From assembly GCA_964291675.2 (NCBI GenBank), contig OZ219866.1, forward strand, positions 1,568,001 through 1,632,000: a stretch of DNA of 64,000 nt, in the 5' to 3' direction. A program made the translations under genes and the position numbers. The notes beneath the pieces are model-generated. The model was not told the DNA's origin. It worked only from the letters and a program-made list of their open reading frames with translations, and searched no databases. Position 1 is the stretch's first letter. Every line of letters starts with the position of its first letter. This document shows positions 50,601 through 60,009 of this stretch, piece by piece. Source of the DNA: Alphaproteobacteria bacterium. GTDB taxonomy: Bacteria > Pseudomonadota > Alphaproteobacteria > MPNO01.

Positions 50601-51502
50601 AGCAGTTCAACGGACTCGCGTGGCAACAACCCCCTGGCGCGTTGACCGATGTGCATCTTCACGACCTGTTCCTTGAGTTACTGCAGAAACCAGGCGGAGC
50701 GCCGGTGATCATCACCGGACTGGGCATGCGCATTAATGCTTTGAAGGACGATGAATTCAGCTTCGGCCCAAGGCTAAAGCGCATTGGTTTGCTAGCCTCG
50801 GCTGCTGTATTTCGGAATGCGCCACACCGTTACGGCCGTTCTGACGACCACCATCTCTCGCGCGTCCTCGACTATTGTCTCAATGAAGCGCAGTTTCCGC
50901 GGGAGACCATGCAGGTCGTCGACGCCTTTATCGCCCGGGCGAAAATCACCTATGGCAACATGGGCGGTCTTCACAGAGCTACTTCTGTTATCGCGGAAAG
51001 GGCTCCGCTTCGTTTTCTGGATGGCGTCTTCCTGGACCCGGAGCTCGAGCCCTATCAGAGCCGTGAGCTGTTCACCGAACGACACCATCGGCCTACTGCC
51101 CTAGCCGGTGTCAGCACTGCGGCGCTAATGGAGTGGTGCGGACAAGGCGAGTTCCAGGCTCGGCTAACCATGCTCTCGTGGGCGATTCATCCGTTTGAGA
51201 GAGAGGAGCAGGGCGATAGCGTTACGTTCTCCGAACAGGCGTATGCCATTATCGATTCGACTCAAGACCCAGCCGCCGTTCTCGGAAACTTTGCGGACTC
51301 CGTTCGGCCGAGCGGTTGGTCGGGAAGCCTTGCCGACATCATCGCAAGACGCCGCCGCCCCTTCGACCTGCTGTTGGGACACGAACGAACGGATATCCGA
51401 TGCCAAGCCGAAAAGCTCGTAACTCGGATCAAGGACGAAGAGCGTCGGGAGCGGGAACGCGAGAAGGCACAAGATCAAGCGCGCGACCAACGATTTGAGT
51501 AA
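47657..51502 (+). CDS. Large protein with N-terminal REase-like domain and STAND-type NTPase (candidate anti-phage sensor)
   Basis: PDGGLDV...YQVK; Walker A GLSGVGKS; Walker B LVLDNC; long helical C-terminus. Confidence 0.75.
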   Translation: MFEITKDQLCQLSDVHLRELVARLCEAELRAAGAPVSAVKWAGAHTAPDGGLDVECRVDEQDFRGDFVPRPRTGYQVKKSKMPPAKIAREMSPKGRLRPMFADLAASNGCYVIVSLGDDPAGDAATRRQKAIREQIAKVPNPGNLQTGFYGRAELANWLRQHPGVQLWVRDILGMPLDGWKPFGRWTNVPPSDNDELICRAGVSIVLPGEHTEKLDILQGIGKIRDLVGTSEKALRIVGLSGVGKSRIVQALFEDSVGDRPLHRSLAIYADLGTAPVPSPRQMLARLKAESRSAILVLDNCPVDTHNLLASEASAAPDVRLITIEYDIRDDKPEITTVIRIDAEGTEIVEALLPRRYPRLGQVNSRRIAEFSGGNVRLSLALADAVGLEENLSSFSNTQLFDRLFHQRDAPDTNLLTAAQTLALVYSYSIGTDEGGVDELATLARLVGQTRLELHRATQSLLERQLAQKRGDWRAILPPALSNHLAAKALDNIPTDDIRVTFENLPNWRLLKSFAKRLGYLHDHDVALRIVRSWLSPGGLLHAVESLDDDRMQLFSSISPVAPSLTLETIEARARLPEYERLVVETGHRARTIALLLCAIAYDAALFERCVNLLVPLAVATSDDSHPQSDVPGRLYDLFALYLSGTEAELDTRERTVRRFLFGSHGTQRRAGLGMLEAALKSGYWASLAATFEFGARPRSLGYFPQTQVERERWYLQFIGIAREAATHADTELSDSARELLAGEFRELWQIAAVRLALKDAAAAINDHRSWPAGWRAIRSIKFFDYRDVDGQSVPDGIELLDELDVLLRPTRLSDEVRTYVCGEGHRHFSLLDEFDLEDDTSSKESHRRAASRAQDLGLAVCNEPEVLDEISGHLFTSETVFVMDFGEGLATACGDPRTLWDQLVGYLELAGDQTTHCLVLHGFLLGVFKRDEALARTILDDTASNRVLRRFIVGLHLSVPISPDTIGIFLRALEFDDTPLEQFNGLAWQQPPGALTDVHLHDLFLELLQKPGGAPVIITGLGMRINALKDDEFSFGPRLKRIGLLASAAVFRNAPHRYGRSDDHHLSRVLDYCLNEAQFPRETMQVVDAFIARAKITYGNMGGLHRATSVIAERAPLRFLDGVFLDPELEPYQSRELFTERHHRPTALAGVSTAALMEWCGQGEFQARLTMLSWAIHPFEREEQGDSVTFSEQAYAIIDSTQDPAAVLGNFADSVRPSGWSGSLADIIARRRRPFDLLLGHERTDIRCQAEKLVTRIKDEERREREREKAQDQARDQRFE

Positions 51503-51756
51503 CGCTCACAATTGCGCACTCAACCTCCTCTCCACCTGGACCAGGCACGAACCTTGCCTTCGGCACGGGCGAAGTTAAGAACCTAGTCCATCGTCTTGTA
51601 CCACGCCTGTGCTACCGCGGCGACATGCACCGATGGCTTGACAGAATCGCCGTCGCCATCCGGTCGCGCGCTTTCAAACGCAATGGTCACGCTTCCCGTG
51701 ATCGTTATCCGCGTTCTGACCTACGCGGCGCCGATGAGGCTCGATAAAGGCAGAAT

Positions 51757-53085
51757 GTGACACACATGCCGATGCTGAGAGATGCAAGGATCGAAAAGGT
51801 GCAGCGGCTTCTGACCGCGTACAAAAAGACCCGGGAACTGCTCGAGGGCGAGCCGGTCACACGGGAGCTTCATCCCGGCACCGACATCGCACGCAACTGG
51901 GCGGTGATCACCGCCGCCTACAGCGGCGCCGAGCAAACTCTGAAGTACCTCCTGGCCGAGGAGAACGGCCTTACCATCCCTGAACTGATCGATTTTGCCG
52001 TTCCGGATGACTTCGATGCGAATGAACACGATGCCAGGACGTACCCTTACCGTACACATAACCTGGGCGCGTTGTTCTCGAAGCTCGAAAGGTCGACGCA
52101 GGACATCGTACGAGACTTCTACCGGCGATATCGCTCCCTCCATTCATACATCGTCATCGGCAGTGCGGACGACTTCCTGAATCGTGTCTCCGGACGCCAG
52201 GGCACCGGGTATGCACGTTGGCGATACACCCTGATCGAAGACAGGCCGCCTCCGAAGAACAGCCCGGAAGCTCTCGTCGCCATCTGGGGGGTGTGCGTCC
52301 GGATCGCGGAGGAAAGACTTTGGGAGAGGCGGCGCGTGCGAATGCCAGACAAGGAGTTGGCGCAGACCTTGTGCCACCGCCTAGAGGCGCTGCTGTTACG
52401 CGTGTCCGTCGATCGACAGAACGACGGTGAACCGTTTCAGGATATTTCCGGCGAGATGAGGGACTGGTTGTGGAGAGGAGGCCACCCCCTCAATGCATTC
52501 GCCGAGGTCCTGTGGCACTTCGCCCGGTACGGCTTCCATGGCGAGGAAGACGTTTCCGAATGGCTCTCCGACGGGCTGTCCCGATGGGTGAACGACGTTG
52601 TCGCGATGCCGAGCGCTTCGGCACAGACCTCGCTCCGGGCTTTCCTCACACGTGCCCAGGGCCTCACGCCCGATGGGCGAAGCATTCGGTGGAACCCGTC
52701 CCGCGACCGCTTCGAAGCCGTCCGGTGGTCCCTCGAACAACGCTTCAGCGACACCCTGCCTCCACGGGCAACCGTTATCGGCGACCCTGCCGGCCACCAG
52801 ACACCACTCGCCACGCTGTGGGCGGCTGCCAGGGACAGCGGTTACCGAGTCCTTGAGAATCGAGCCTTCAAGGGTCCCGCCGGGGAGGACATCTGGTTCC
52901 GCACGCTCGAGGTACAGGCAGAGGACGCCGGGACGGCCCTGCCGGTCCTCTCGATTTGGCAACAGCGCGACTCCGGCAGTGACCTCTTCCACATGGTCGC
53001 GGAACGCGCTCCGGAGGAGGTGAACCAGCCCTTGCGCCGCTGGATGGAGTTGGCCCGCAGGGTCGGGGAGATGAGATCGGGATGA
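51757..53085 (+). CDS. Hypothetical protein with possible HEPN-like N-terminus
   Basis: EQTLKYL...RTHNLGALF...WRY. Confidence 0.6.
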   Translation: MTHMPMLRDARIEKVQRLLTAYKKTRELLEGEPVTRELHPGTDIARNWAVITAAYSGAEQTLKYLLAEENGLTIPELIDFAVPDDFDANEHDARTYPYRTHNLGALFSKLERSTQDIVRDFYRRYRSLHSYIVIGSADDFLNRVSGRQGTGYARWRYTLIEDRPPPKNSPEALVAIWGVCVRIAEERLWERRRVRMPDKELAQTLCHRLEALLLRVSVDRQNDGEPFQDISGEMRDWLWRGGHPLNAFAEVLWHFARYGFHGEEDVSEWLSDGLSRWVNDVVAMPSASAQTSLRAFLTRAQGLTPDGRSIRWNPSRDRFEAVRWSLEQRFSDTLPPRATVIGDPAGHQTPLATLWAAARDSGYRVLENRAFKGPAGEDIWFRTLEVQAEDAGTALPVLSIWQQRDSGSDLFHMVAERAPEEVNQPLRRWMELARRVGEMRSG

Positions 53086-53403
53086 CTCTCGCTTCTCGGG
53101 ACCAGACCTGTTCGGATATCGGCCATCGACGAGGCGGGGCGCGGATTCTTGCTTCGTCACTTCATCTCCACTCTGCCCGCGAAACGGCGGTGTCTTGTGA
53201 GGGCCCATCCGCAAGTCGTCAGGTCTAATGCGAGAGCCGCCGCGAACCAGCAATGTCAGGCAACTTGGCCTGTCTTCCCGCTCCACGCAGGTTCTCGCGG
53301 TTCAATCGACATCATGGGGAGGCGCCGAACGGGTAGGTGGCCGGCCGCGGAGAAATTGCCGACAAGGAAAATCGAACTCCGAACCCTGACGTCGGCTTCT
53401 GAA

Positions 53404-53997
53404 CTACTCGCATTCAGCAGGGGCGCGCCATCGGGCGGCCTTCAGTTCAGACTGCGCTGGACGCGCCAAGTCGACCGCGATCCGCAGGTCGGCCACGCCG
53501 CGCGGCGCGACGATTTCTTTCAGCCGCCCCAGTCCGATGCTCTTCTGGCCTTCAGGAAGGTCGCGCTCCGCCACCGCGAAGAAGAGCCACTGCCCGAGAT
53601 CTGTGTGGTCGGCACGGTCATCGTCACGCCCATGCCAGGCGAAGACGTAGATGTCCGCTTGCCGGGCTGGGGAACCGATCCACACGCCCTCTCGTGTCCA
53701 GAACCCGCTGCGGGGCGCGATGTCGAAGGCCGGGGTGCGTCGCCGCGGTGTCGGCCCCCTGTCCCATGTTTGCCGCGCCGCGGCCTGCTTGATCTCCAGC
53801 CGAGCACCGGAAGGCGTGTGCTCACAATCCCAGGCCGCCCAATCCCAACCGTCCATCCAGGTCAGGCGCCAATCGTCCCCGAGCGCCGACGCGATCATGC
53901 ATTCGACATAGTCGCCGCGATAGACGTTGTTCATGATCGGCCCGTCGTAGCGATGCCTGAGCATCGTCAGGATGTCTTCGTGCCGGGGTTCCTTCAC
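53404..53997 (-). CDS. Putative PD-(D/E)xK nuclease-fold protein
   Basis: RGDYVE...WD...LEIKQ..A.QTW...ADIYVFA. Confidence 0.65.
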   Translation of the reverse strand: MKEPRHEDILTMLRHRYDGPIMNNVYRGDYVECMIASALGDDWRLTWMDGWDWAAWDCEHTPSGARLEIKQAAARQTWDRGPTPRRRTPAFDIAPRSGFWTREGVWIGSPARQADIYVFAWHGRDDDRADHTDLGQWLFFAVAERDLPEGQKSIGLGRLKEIVAPRGVADLRIAVDLARPAQSELKAARWRAPAECE

Positions 53998-54041
53998 GGC
54001 GTCGCTCCAATGCTGGAAGTCACATGGACGAAGCTACTCGC

Positions 54042-55433
54042 TCAGCTGTTTGCCAACACGTCGTCGACGATCGGAATTGCCCGCCCCGCCGCCTCGACGA
54101 ATTGACGGCTGAAATATTCAGTCAGGTCGCCCGGGTCTTGCGCTTCCTTGTGCAAGCGGGCGAGCAGGGGCCTCCAGTCCCCGTGCTCTTCCAGATAACG
54201 GTACCAAGGCCAGCTTCGGGAATCCGTTCTACCCCGCAAAGCCGTATCAGCGCCCAGGCGTTCGCGCAGCCGTTCCCTCAAATTTTCCTCGGCGTCGACG
54301 TCGCCTGTTCCGGAATCGAGGCCGACGCCGACAGACCAATCATTGGCATCGCGTTCGTGCCTGAGACTGATGACGGGAACCGCACCGCCAGCTTCGGACC
54401 ACGCTTTCCTGAAGGCCCAAACGCCGTTCTTCGGCCCGCCGTGATTGCTGAAGCCGCAACCGGTCCGCAGGTCCTCGATCGAACCGAGGTCGCTGGCGAT
54501 CCGATCGCGCAGCACTTCGAGAAAGCGCTTCACGACTTCATTCCTCGTTTCCGGCCAGGCCTCGACAACGGCGATAGCCGTCAGCACGTTGTCGTCGTTG
54601 GCGAGGATGAAATCCCTCACTTCCTTCCGTTCGATCGTTGTCGTCACGATTCCTCCGAATGTCTTGTGGCAGAACGTCTCGACCTCACCCAGGAACCAGC
54701 GCAGGCGTTCCGCTTCGCATATCTGCCGGCACTCCCGCAGCCAGTCGCTCAATGAGAAGGACAGCCGAAACGGGAAACTTCCTTCATACTCGCCGGTCTC
54801 GTCGCGTGGACAGAACGACATGATCGCCAGCCCATCCTTGCAGGCGGCTCTGGGAAGACCCCGTTCCGAGGGCGCGCCTCCATGTCCGCTCAGATATATC
54901 AGCAGAAAACGGTCGCCATAGTGTCGTTTCAGGAACGCGAGGTAGTCCGCGATCTGACCCTCGCCGTCCGCCGCATATGGCTTATTCTCGAAGGCTATAC
55001 AGGCTGGCTCCCGGCCCCGTGAGCGAAGCTCGACGGAGATGTCCAGGCGCCCACCGCCGTCGGTGCTTCGTTCCCGCAGAACGTGAACATCGAAATCGTC
55101 GAACCGAACGGTTTGACCCGCTGGCCAAAGATCCGGTCCGACCAAGTCTCCGAACCTCGCGAGGAAACGCGTTCCCTGACCGTGGGTGCCGTTAGGATCG
55201 AGCAGGTACCCGATAATTCGCGATAGCCCGAGTTCGTCCGTGCGCAGATAGTCAAGCGCGTTGAAACCGCGGGCCAGCAGTCGGTCCAACTCGCGTTCCA
55301 CCGCCCGCGCGCCTTCCATCCGCGCGCCCAGCGCCGTGAAAAACCGCCCGCAACGGTCTCGATCCGACTGTCTGATCGAGGCCAGGCGCTCCGAAAGCGG
55401 CGCGATGCGCGACAGATGGCGAAGTGTCGTCAA
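54042..55433 (-). CDS. PD-(D/E)XK nuclease family protein (PDDEXK_4-like)
   Basis: E..SRII.YLLDP.GTHGQG..FL, GRLDI, FENK, QIADY, LIYL. Confidence 0.85.
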   Translation of the reverse strand: MTTLRHLSRIAPLSERLASIRQSDRDRCGRFFTALGARMEGARAVERELDRLLARGFNALDYLRTDELGLSRIIGYLLDPNGTHGQGTRFLARFGDLVGPDLWPAGQTVRFDDFDVHVLRERSTDGGGRLDISVELRSRGREPACIAFENKPYAADGEGQIADYLAFLKRHYGDRFLLIYLSGHGGAPSERGLPRAACKDGLAIMSFCPRDETGEYEGSFPFRLSFSLSDWLRECRQICEAERLRWFLGEVETFCHKTFGGIVTTTIERKEVRDFILANDDNVLTAIAVVEAWPETRNEVVKRFLEVLRDRIASDLGSIEDLRTGCGFSNHGGPKNGVWAFRKAWSEAGGAVPVISLRHERDANDWSVGVGLDSGTGDVDAEENLRERLRERLGADTALRGRTDSRSWPWYRYLEEHGDWRPLLARLHKEAQDPGDLTEYFSRQFVEAAGRAIPIVDDVLANS

Positions 55434-55439
55434 CGGTCT

Positions 55440-55886
55440 TCACTCGGCCTGCCGCGTTCTCGAACGATGGCTTCCGCTGTCCCTCTTGAAGTCTTCCCGC
55501 GACCCTAGTGGCTCGTCGACGTGCCGTGCCCACGGTTTGGACGCGCGCGGGTCGACCAAATGGATATTCTTCCGATCGATCGACGAGCGCACGGGCTTTG
55601 CACTCGCGTACGATGCCGGTTTCGCTTTCCGGGAAAGCCGATGCGTCTCCTTCTTGCCCGGCTGCTCCGCTCTGGATTCCTGTTTCCCCGACGCGCCTTT
55701 CTGCCGCGACCGTTTGAACTCCATATATGCGATTTCATGGGGAGTTACGGCCTGCCTCCGACCTCGGCAAACCTCGACAAATTGCCTTTGCAATTCGGTC
55801 GTCGGCGTCCGCTCGCCCTGATCGAGCTGGCGGTAAAACTCATAATGCCGTCCGATCAGCGCAACTTGATGGGAGGTCAACGCCAT
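55440..55886 (-). CDS. DUF413 (MaoP-like) domain protein
   Basis: FYRQLDQGERTPTTELQRQFVEVCRG...HEIAY. Confidence 0.7.
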   Translation of the reverse strand: MALTSHQVALIGRHYEFYRQLDQGERTPTTELQRQFVEVCRGRRQAVTPHEIAYMEFKRSRQKGASGKQESRAEQPGKKETHRLSRKAKPASYASAKPVRSSIDRKNIHLVDPRASKPWARHVDEPLGSREDFKRDSGSHRSRTRQAE

Positions 55887-56199
55887 CCATGCCGATCCTT
55901 GTCCGTACTCCAGGCGTGATGCGAGTGGCTTGCGCAGCCAGCGGTCGGAGTTGCTCGGGACTTGGATCGTCGCCCATCGGAGCAATGGATTCAATGGCCA
56001 GTTGTGCGTGGGCGCCGCGGTCAGGTGTCGGTGTCGGCGGTGTTCTTCGGGGCCGTGGCGCGGTTCGATGACGGCGGGCGGCGTGGGAGTGCGTGATGGC
56101 CCGCGCGCAACCGATTGTCGCCACCAACTGTCCGTCATGCCGGCCCGCGGTCTCGCCCCGTTGATGGTCGGAGCCCGAACCGGATATGTTCGTAGCGGC

Positions 56200-56490
56200 T
56201 TCGCGGGGCACGCCGCCCCGAGGATCAGGGGTCCGAGGTGTGGTGAGCCGGCCCGCCAGCATTCGGTACAGGGTGGCGTCAGGACAGGCCGAGGCGAAAT
56301 GGATGCGGGCGGCCTTCTCCACGACGCGGGCGCCGATGTTGAGCAGGCTCTTCCGAAGAGTGGTGAACTCCGACCAGCCGAGTGGCATGCGGCGCGGCAC
56401 CGCGACGCGGAACGCGAGCATCAGCCAGTAGGCGGCGGTGTGGAGCACCAGGCGGAACTGGTTGGCGTGCGGGCTCTGGCACTGGACCGC
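56200..56490 (-). pseudogene. IS1380 transposase C-terminal fragment
   Basis: CQSPHANQFRLVLHTAAYWLM similar to 20364..21704. Confidence 0.8.
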
Positions 56491-56594
56491 GGACAATCCG
56501 GTCAACGGGCTCCACCCGCGCGGCATTTGCTTGGCGAACGGCCCGTCGAGCGCGGCGCCGATTTTCGGTCGCTTCGAGGCGGCAGAGACGACAC

Positions 56595-57953
56595 TCAGCG
56601 CAGGATAAGGTTGAATTCAACCCGGCGGTTGCGCCTGAACGCGGCAATCGTGCTGCGAAGATCGATCGGTTGGTATTCGGCGAAGCCGGTGGCAGCTAGA
56701 CGGTTGGCTGGAACCCCCCGGTCAATCAAGTACTTGACTACCGCGACCGCTTTGCCGGTCGACAGCTCCCAGTTTGACGGATAAGCAGGGGTTGAGATCG
56801 GTACTCGGTCGGTGTGGCCGTCGACCCGGATCAGCCAGTCGATGTCGGCCGGAATTCTCACGGAAATCTCTTTGATCGTCTTCACCATCTTGTCGATCTG
56901 GGCGCGTCCCCCTGGCTGGAGCGTTGCCCGGCCCGAGGGGAAGAGCACCTCCGACTGGAAGACGAAGCGGTCGCCGACGATGCGTACATCGCTGCGGTTG
57001 CCGAGCGACTGCCTGAGCCGGACGAGAAGTTTGGCACGATAATTCGCAAGTTCCTCGACGTGTCTGGCAGGCGTCGCGAGGAACTGCTGCAAAGGGTTGA
57101 CGAACTGGATACCTTTTTCCTTCGCCTCGCGCTCCACAGCGTCGAGCGCTACTTCGAGGCGCGCGAGCTTCTTGCGGAGAACGGCAATTTGGTTATCGCG
57201 GAGACGCACTCGCTCTCGAGACCCATTGTATAGCGCGCGCAATTCCGCAAATCGCGATTGTGGTGTTTCGACCGAACCGCTCAATTTGGTCACCCACTCT
57301 ACGGGTATCGCGAAGGAAAACCCTCCGGCGCCTGCGCCCGAGATTTTCAACGTCGTGATCCCGATCAACATTCCCTGCTGATCGAAGAGTCCACCACCGG
57401 AGGATCCTGGCGATACCGTAACGTCCGACTGGATGAGCGGGGCGGCTTCCGTTCCGCCGACTCCGCGCAACTGCGAAACGATGCCGCGAGACAAGGACAG
57501 TTCCAGCCCATAAGGGGCTCCTATGGCATAGACCTCATCGCCAATCGACGTATCGCGGGCATTCCCTAGAGGCACTGGTACCGCCGCGGGCGCATCTGAT
57601 AGCCCCGCCACGAACAAAATGCAAAGATCGCGATCTGCTTCTTGCGCGGTCAGCTTGGCTTTCATTCGGTAGGATTCCCGCGCACGCGCATTCGGCGCCT
57701 GTCGTACCGCAATCAGTTGCGCACCCGAAACGACATGGCAGTTCGTCGCCACTGTATTCTCGCTGACGACAACACCGCTACCTTGGGCCAATTCCTTGCC
57801 ATGCGTATCCATGGCAATTACGACCACAATACCTCTGGACACTTTATCGAAGACTTGCTTCGCCGATTTGCCGTGAGTGGTTGACGGCATACCCGCTCCG
57901 GCCGCGACGAATATGGAGATGAGCAGAAATACTGTGTGCCGGTACCTTTCCAT
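56595..57953 (-). CDS. Exported trypsin-like (S1C) protease fused to a MotB/OmpA peptidoglycan-binding domain
   Basis: GSGVV, TNCHVV, SPGSSGGGLF; then VLFPSG, VDGHTD, SNWELS, NRRVEF. Confidence 0.85.
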   Translation of the reverse strand: MERYRHTVFLLISIFVAAGAGMPSTTHGKSAKQVFDKVSRGIVVVIAMDTHGKELAQGSGVVVSENTVATNCHVVSGAQLIAVRQAPNARARESYRMKAKLTAQEADRDLCILFVAGLSDAPAAVPVPLGNARDTSIGDEVYAIGAPYGLELSLSRGIVSQLRGVGGTEAAPLIQSDVTVSPGSSGGGLFDQQGMLIGITTLKISGAGAGGFSFAIPVEWVTKLSGSVETPQSRFAELRALYNGSRERVRLRDNQIAVLRKKLARLEVALDAVEREAKEKGIQFVNPLQQFLATPARHVEELANYRAKLLVRLRQSLGNRSDVRIVGDRFVFQSEVLFPSGRATLQPGGRAQIDKMVKTIKEISVRIPADIDWLIRVDGHTDRVPISTPAYPSNWELSTGKAVAVVKYLIDRGVPANRLAATGFAEYQPIDLRSTIAAFRRNRRVEFNLILR

Positions 57954-57987
57954 CGCGCGCGAATAGATCGGCCTTAAAGAACGGAAA

Positions 57988-58241
57988 TCAATCATGAAGA
58001 CCTCTGGAGGCTTCAAGGAGGCGATCAAGAAGGTCATTTTCCGCCACTCGAGTAAGCGTGGCGTATTCGTCTCCGTCCTCAACCGGCCGGGCAGTGATCG
58101 ATCTGAAGGCACTAATCATCAAATCGATGGTGCCGGGCTGCGATCTTTCGACTGACATAATGGTGCCTACAACAAGCCCACTAAGTGCGGTGATCCTGGT
58201 GTCCAGTTGTAAATATAGCTCCTTAAGTTCGTCATCGGTCA
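57988..58241 (-). CDS. Hypothetical protein
   Basis: Short ORF MTDDELKELY... Confidence 0.45.
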
Positions 58242-58519
58242 TCGAGGCAGACCCCTTGTCGATTCCAATAGAGTCTTGCATCTGGCCCGGCGGGCGTCAA
58301 GCTGAACGAAGTTTGCGAAGGCAAATGCATGCAGAGGCATGAACCACTTTGTATGATTGCGTCTGAAGATCAAATGAGCGAGTACGCTTTCCCAGTATGA
58401 TACGCTGCGGGACCGTCAATCAGGGTTTACTTGGAGCGGCAACCCGGATTTCACACCAGTTCAATTTGCCCGGTTATTTGGTCTGGCTGCCGGTCATGGC
58501 GGTGTCGTCTGGATGCGCG

Positions 58520-58595
58520 CGAGGGGTAGCGCTGGCGCCTGAGGCGCGGTGTGGTGACCGCATGTGGCGGGACGGCACCCAGTTCCGCGTCACCC
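58520..58595 (+). pseudogene. Small IS110 C-terminal remnant
   Basis: RMWRDGTQFR matches HRMWRDGTEFR at ~8285-8320. Confidence 0.5.
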
Positions 58596-58911
58596 TGTTG
58601 GGGTGATTTCGGTCTGACGAATCCTGTGTGCCGCCTCTGTGAGGCGCGCTTCGGATCGCGCGGCAAGCTTGAACACATACAGACCCTGTGCCTCTTGGAG
58701 GACTTCCCAGAGCGCCACATGGTCACGTCCTGCCGAGCCCATCGAGTTTGCGGGATCGTGATTCCGTGGTGACAATCGACGCGGTTTATCCGCTTTAACG
58801 CCGCCGGGAATTGTCTACCAGATCGATGTCGGATCATCTGTCACCCAAGGAGCGCAGCGCGCACATGCGCCGTATTCGCAAGACCGGCACAAAGCCGGAG
58901 ATGCGAGTTCG

Positions 58912-59165
58912 GCGCGCCACGCCGACGCCGACGCGATCCTGCGCGACCACCGCACCTTCGCCAGCGATCCGCTCCCGGGCACGCTAACCCGCCGCCAGCA
59001 GGCCATGCTGCCGCCGCCGGACGAGGTCACCATGCTGCTTCTCGAGCCGCCCGACCACACGCGGCTGCGGGCCCAGTGAACAAGGCGTTCACGTCCCGGG
59101 GGGTGGGCGCCCTGGAGGCCCGCATCCGCGCGATCGCGGCCGAAATCCTGGACGCCGTCGATGAT
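58912..59165 (+). pseudogene. Cytochrome P450 fragment (frameshifted)
   Basis: RHADADAILRD...MLLLEPPDHTRLR / VNKAFT..V.ALEARIRAIA. Confidence 0.7.
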
Positions 59166-59395
59166 CGCCAAGACGAAGAGGCCGCTCGGGCGGTCGGTGG
59201 AGAAGCCGCTGCCCGAACCTGTCGACAACTCCCCCGAGAACGTGATGCGGGCGATCCTCGCGACGCCGCCGAAGCGCGACGACGAGTGGCGGTACATGCG
59301 GAAAGCCGACGCCTAGCGGCCCGCTTGGTCACTTCTGTATGTAGGCCCCATTCCATGCTATACTCTATTCATATGGAGAACACTAAATAGCAAGC

Positions 59396-59725
59396 ATGAA
59401 GCGCAATACCGCCATCGTTGTCGCAGTCTTTATGTCGGTGATTCTTATAATTTTAACTGCGGTATTTTCGCCCGTGTTCCGTGAACACTTGTCGAACATT
59501 GGGAACGATAATTGGAAACGGTCTGTCGCTAGTCTAATGTTAGATCCAGATTCTACCAAATTTAGGAACACTAGGAAAAGCACACTTGGTTATTGTGGTG
59601 AAATAAACAGCAAGAACAAATTTGGAGGATACGTGGGATTCAAGCGATTTCATGCTTTCAAGGACAAGTTGGGTAAGTGGTCTATAACGCTAGACACATC
59701 GATTGTGGATATCTTCTGCCGATAG
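59396..59725 (+). CDS. Low-GC membrane-anchored hypothetical protein
   Basis: N-terminal TM; DPDSTKFRN...CGEINSKNKFGGYVGFKRF. Confidence 0.7.
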   Translation: MKRNTAIVVAVFMSVILIILTAVFSPVFREHLSNIGNDNWKRSVASLMLDPDSTKFRNTRKSTLGYCGEINSKNKFGGYVGFKRFHAFKDKLGKWSITLDTSIVDIFCR

Positions 59726-60009
59726 GGCATTACTATGCGACTGTGAGAGTCGAAGGCACATATTCATGTTAAGACATTAAGGTGCAAGCACAGAATGGGC
59801 ATGAGGCCAAGAAAATCATTGAAATGCACCTCGGTGGAAAAGTGAAGAGTTGGCTGCGTTCCCCGACGCCGGGATCAAAGCCACCCAGATGGTTTCGTGG
59901 TTGATTATACTCGCAGCGAGCCGTGCGAACGCCGACGCCTAACGGCTTCCCAATGCCTCAATAGTTTCTTGCACCCTTCTGTGACCAATCTACGCGGAGC
60001 CAGAACACG

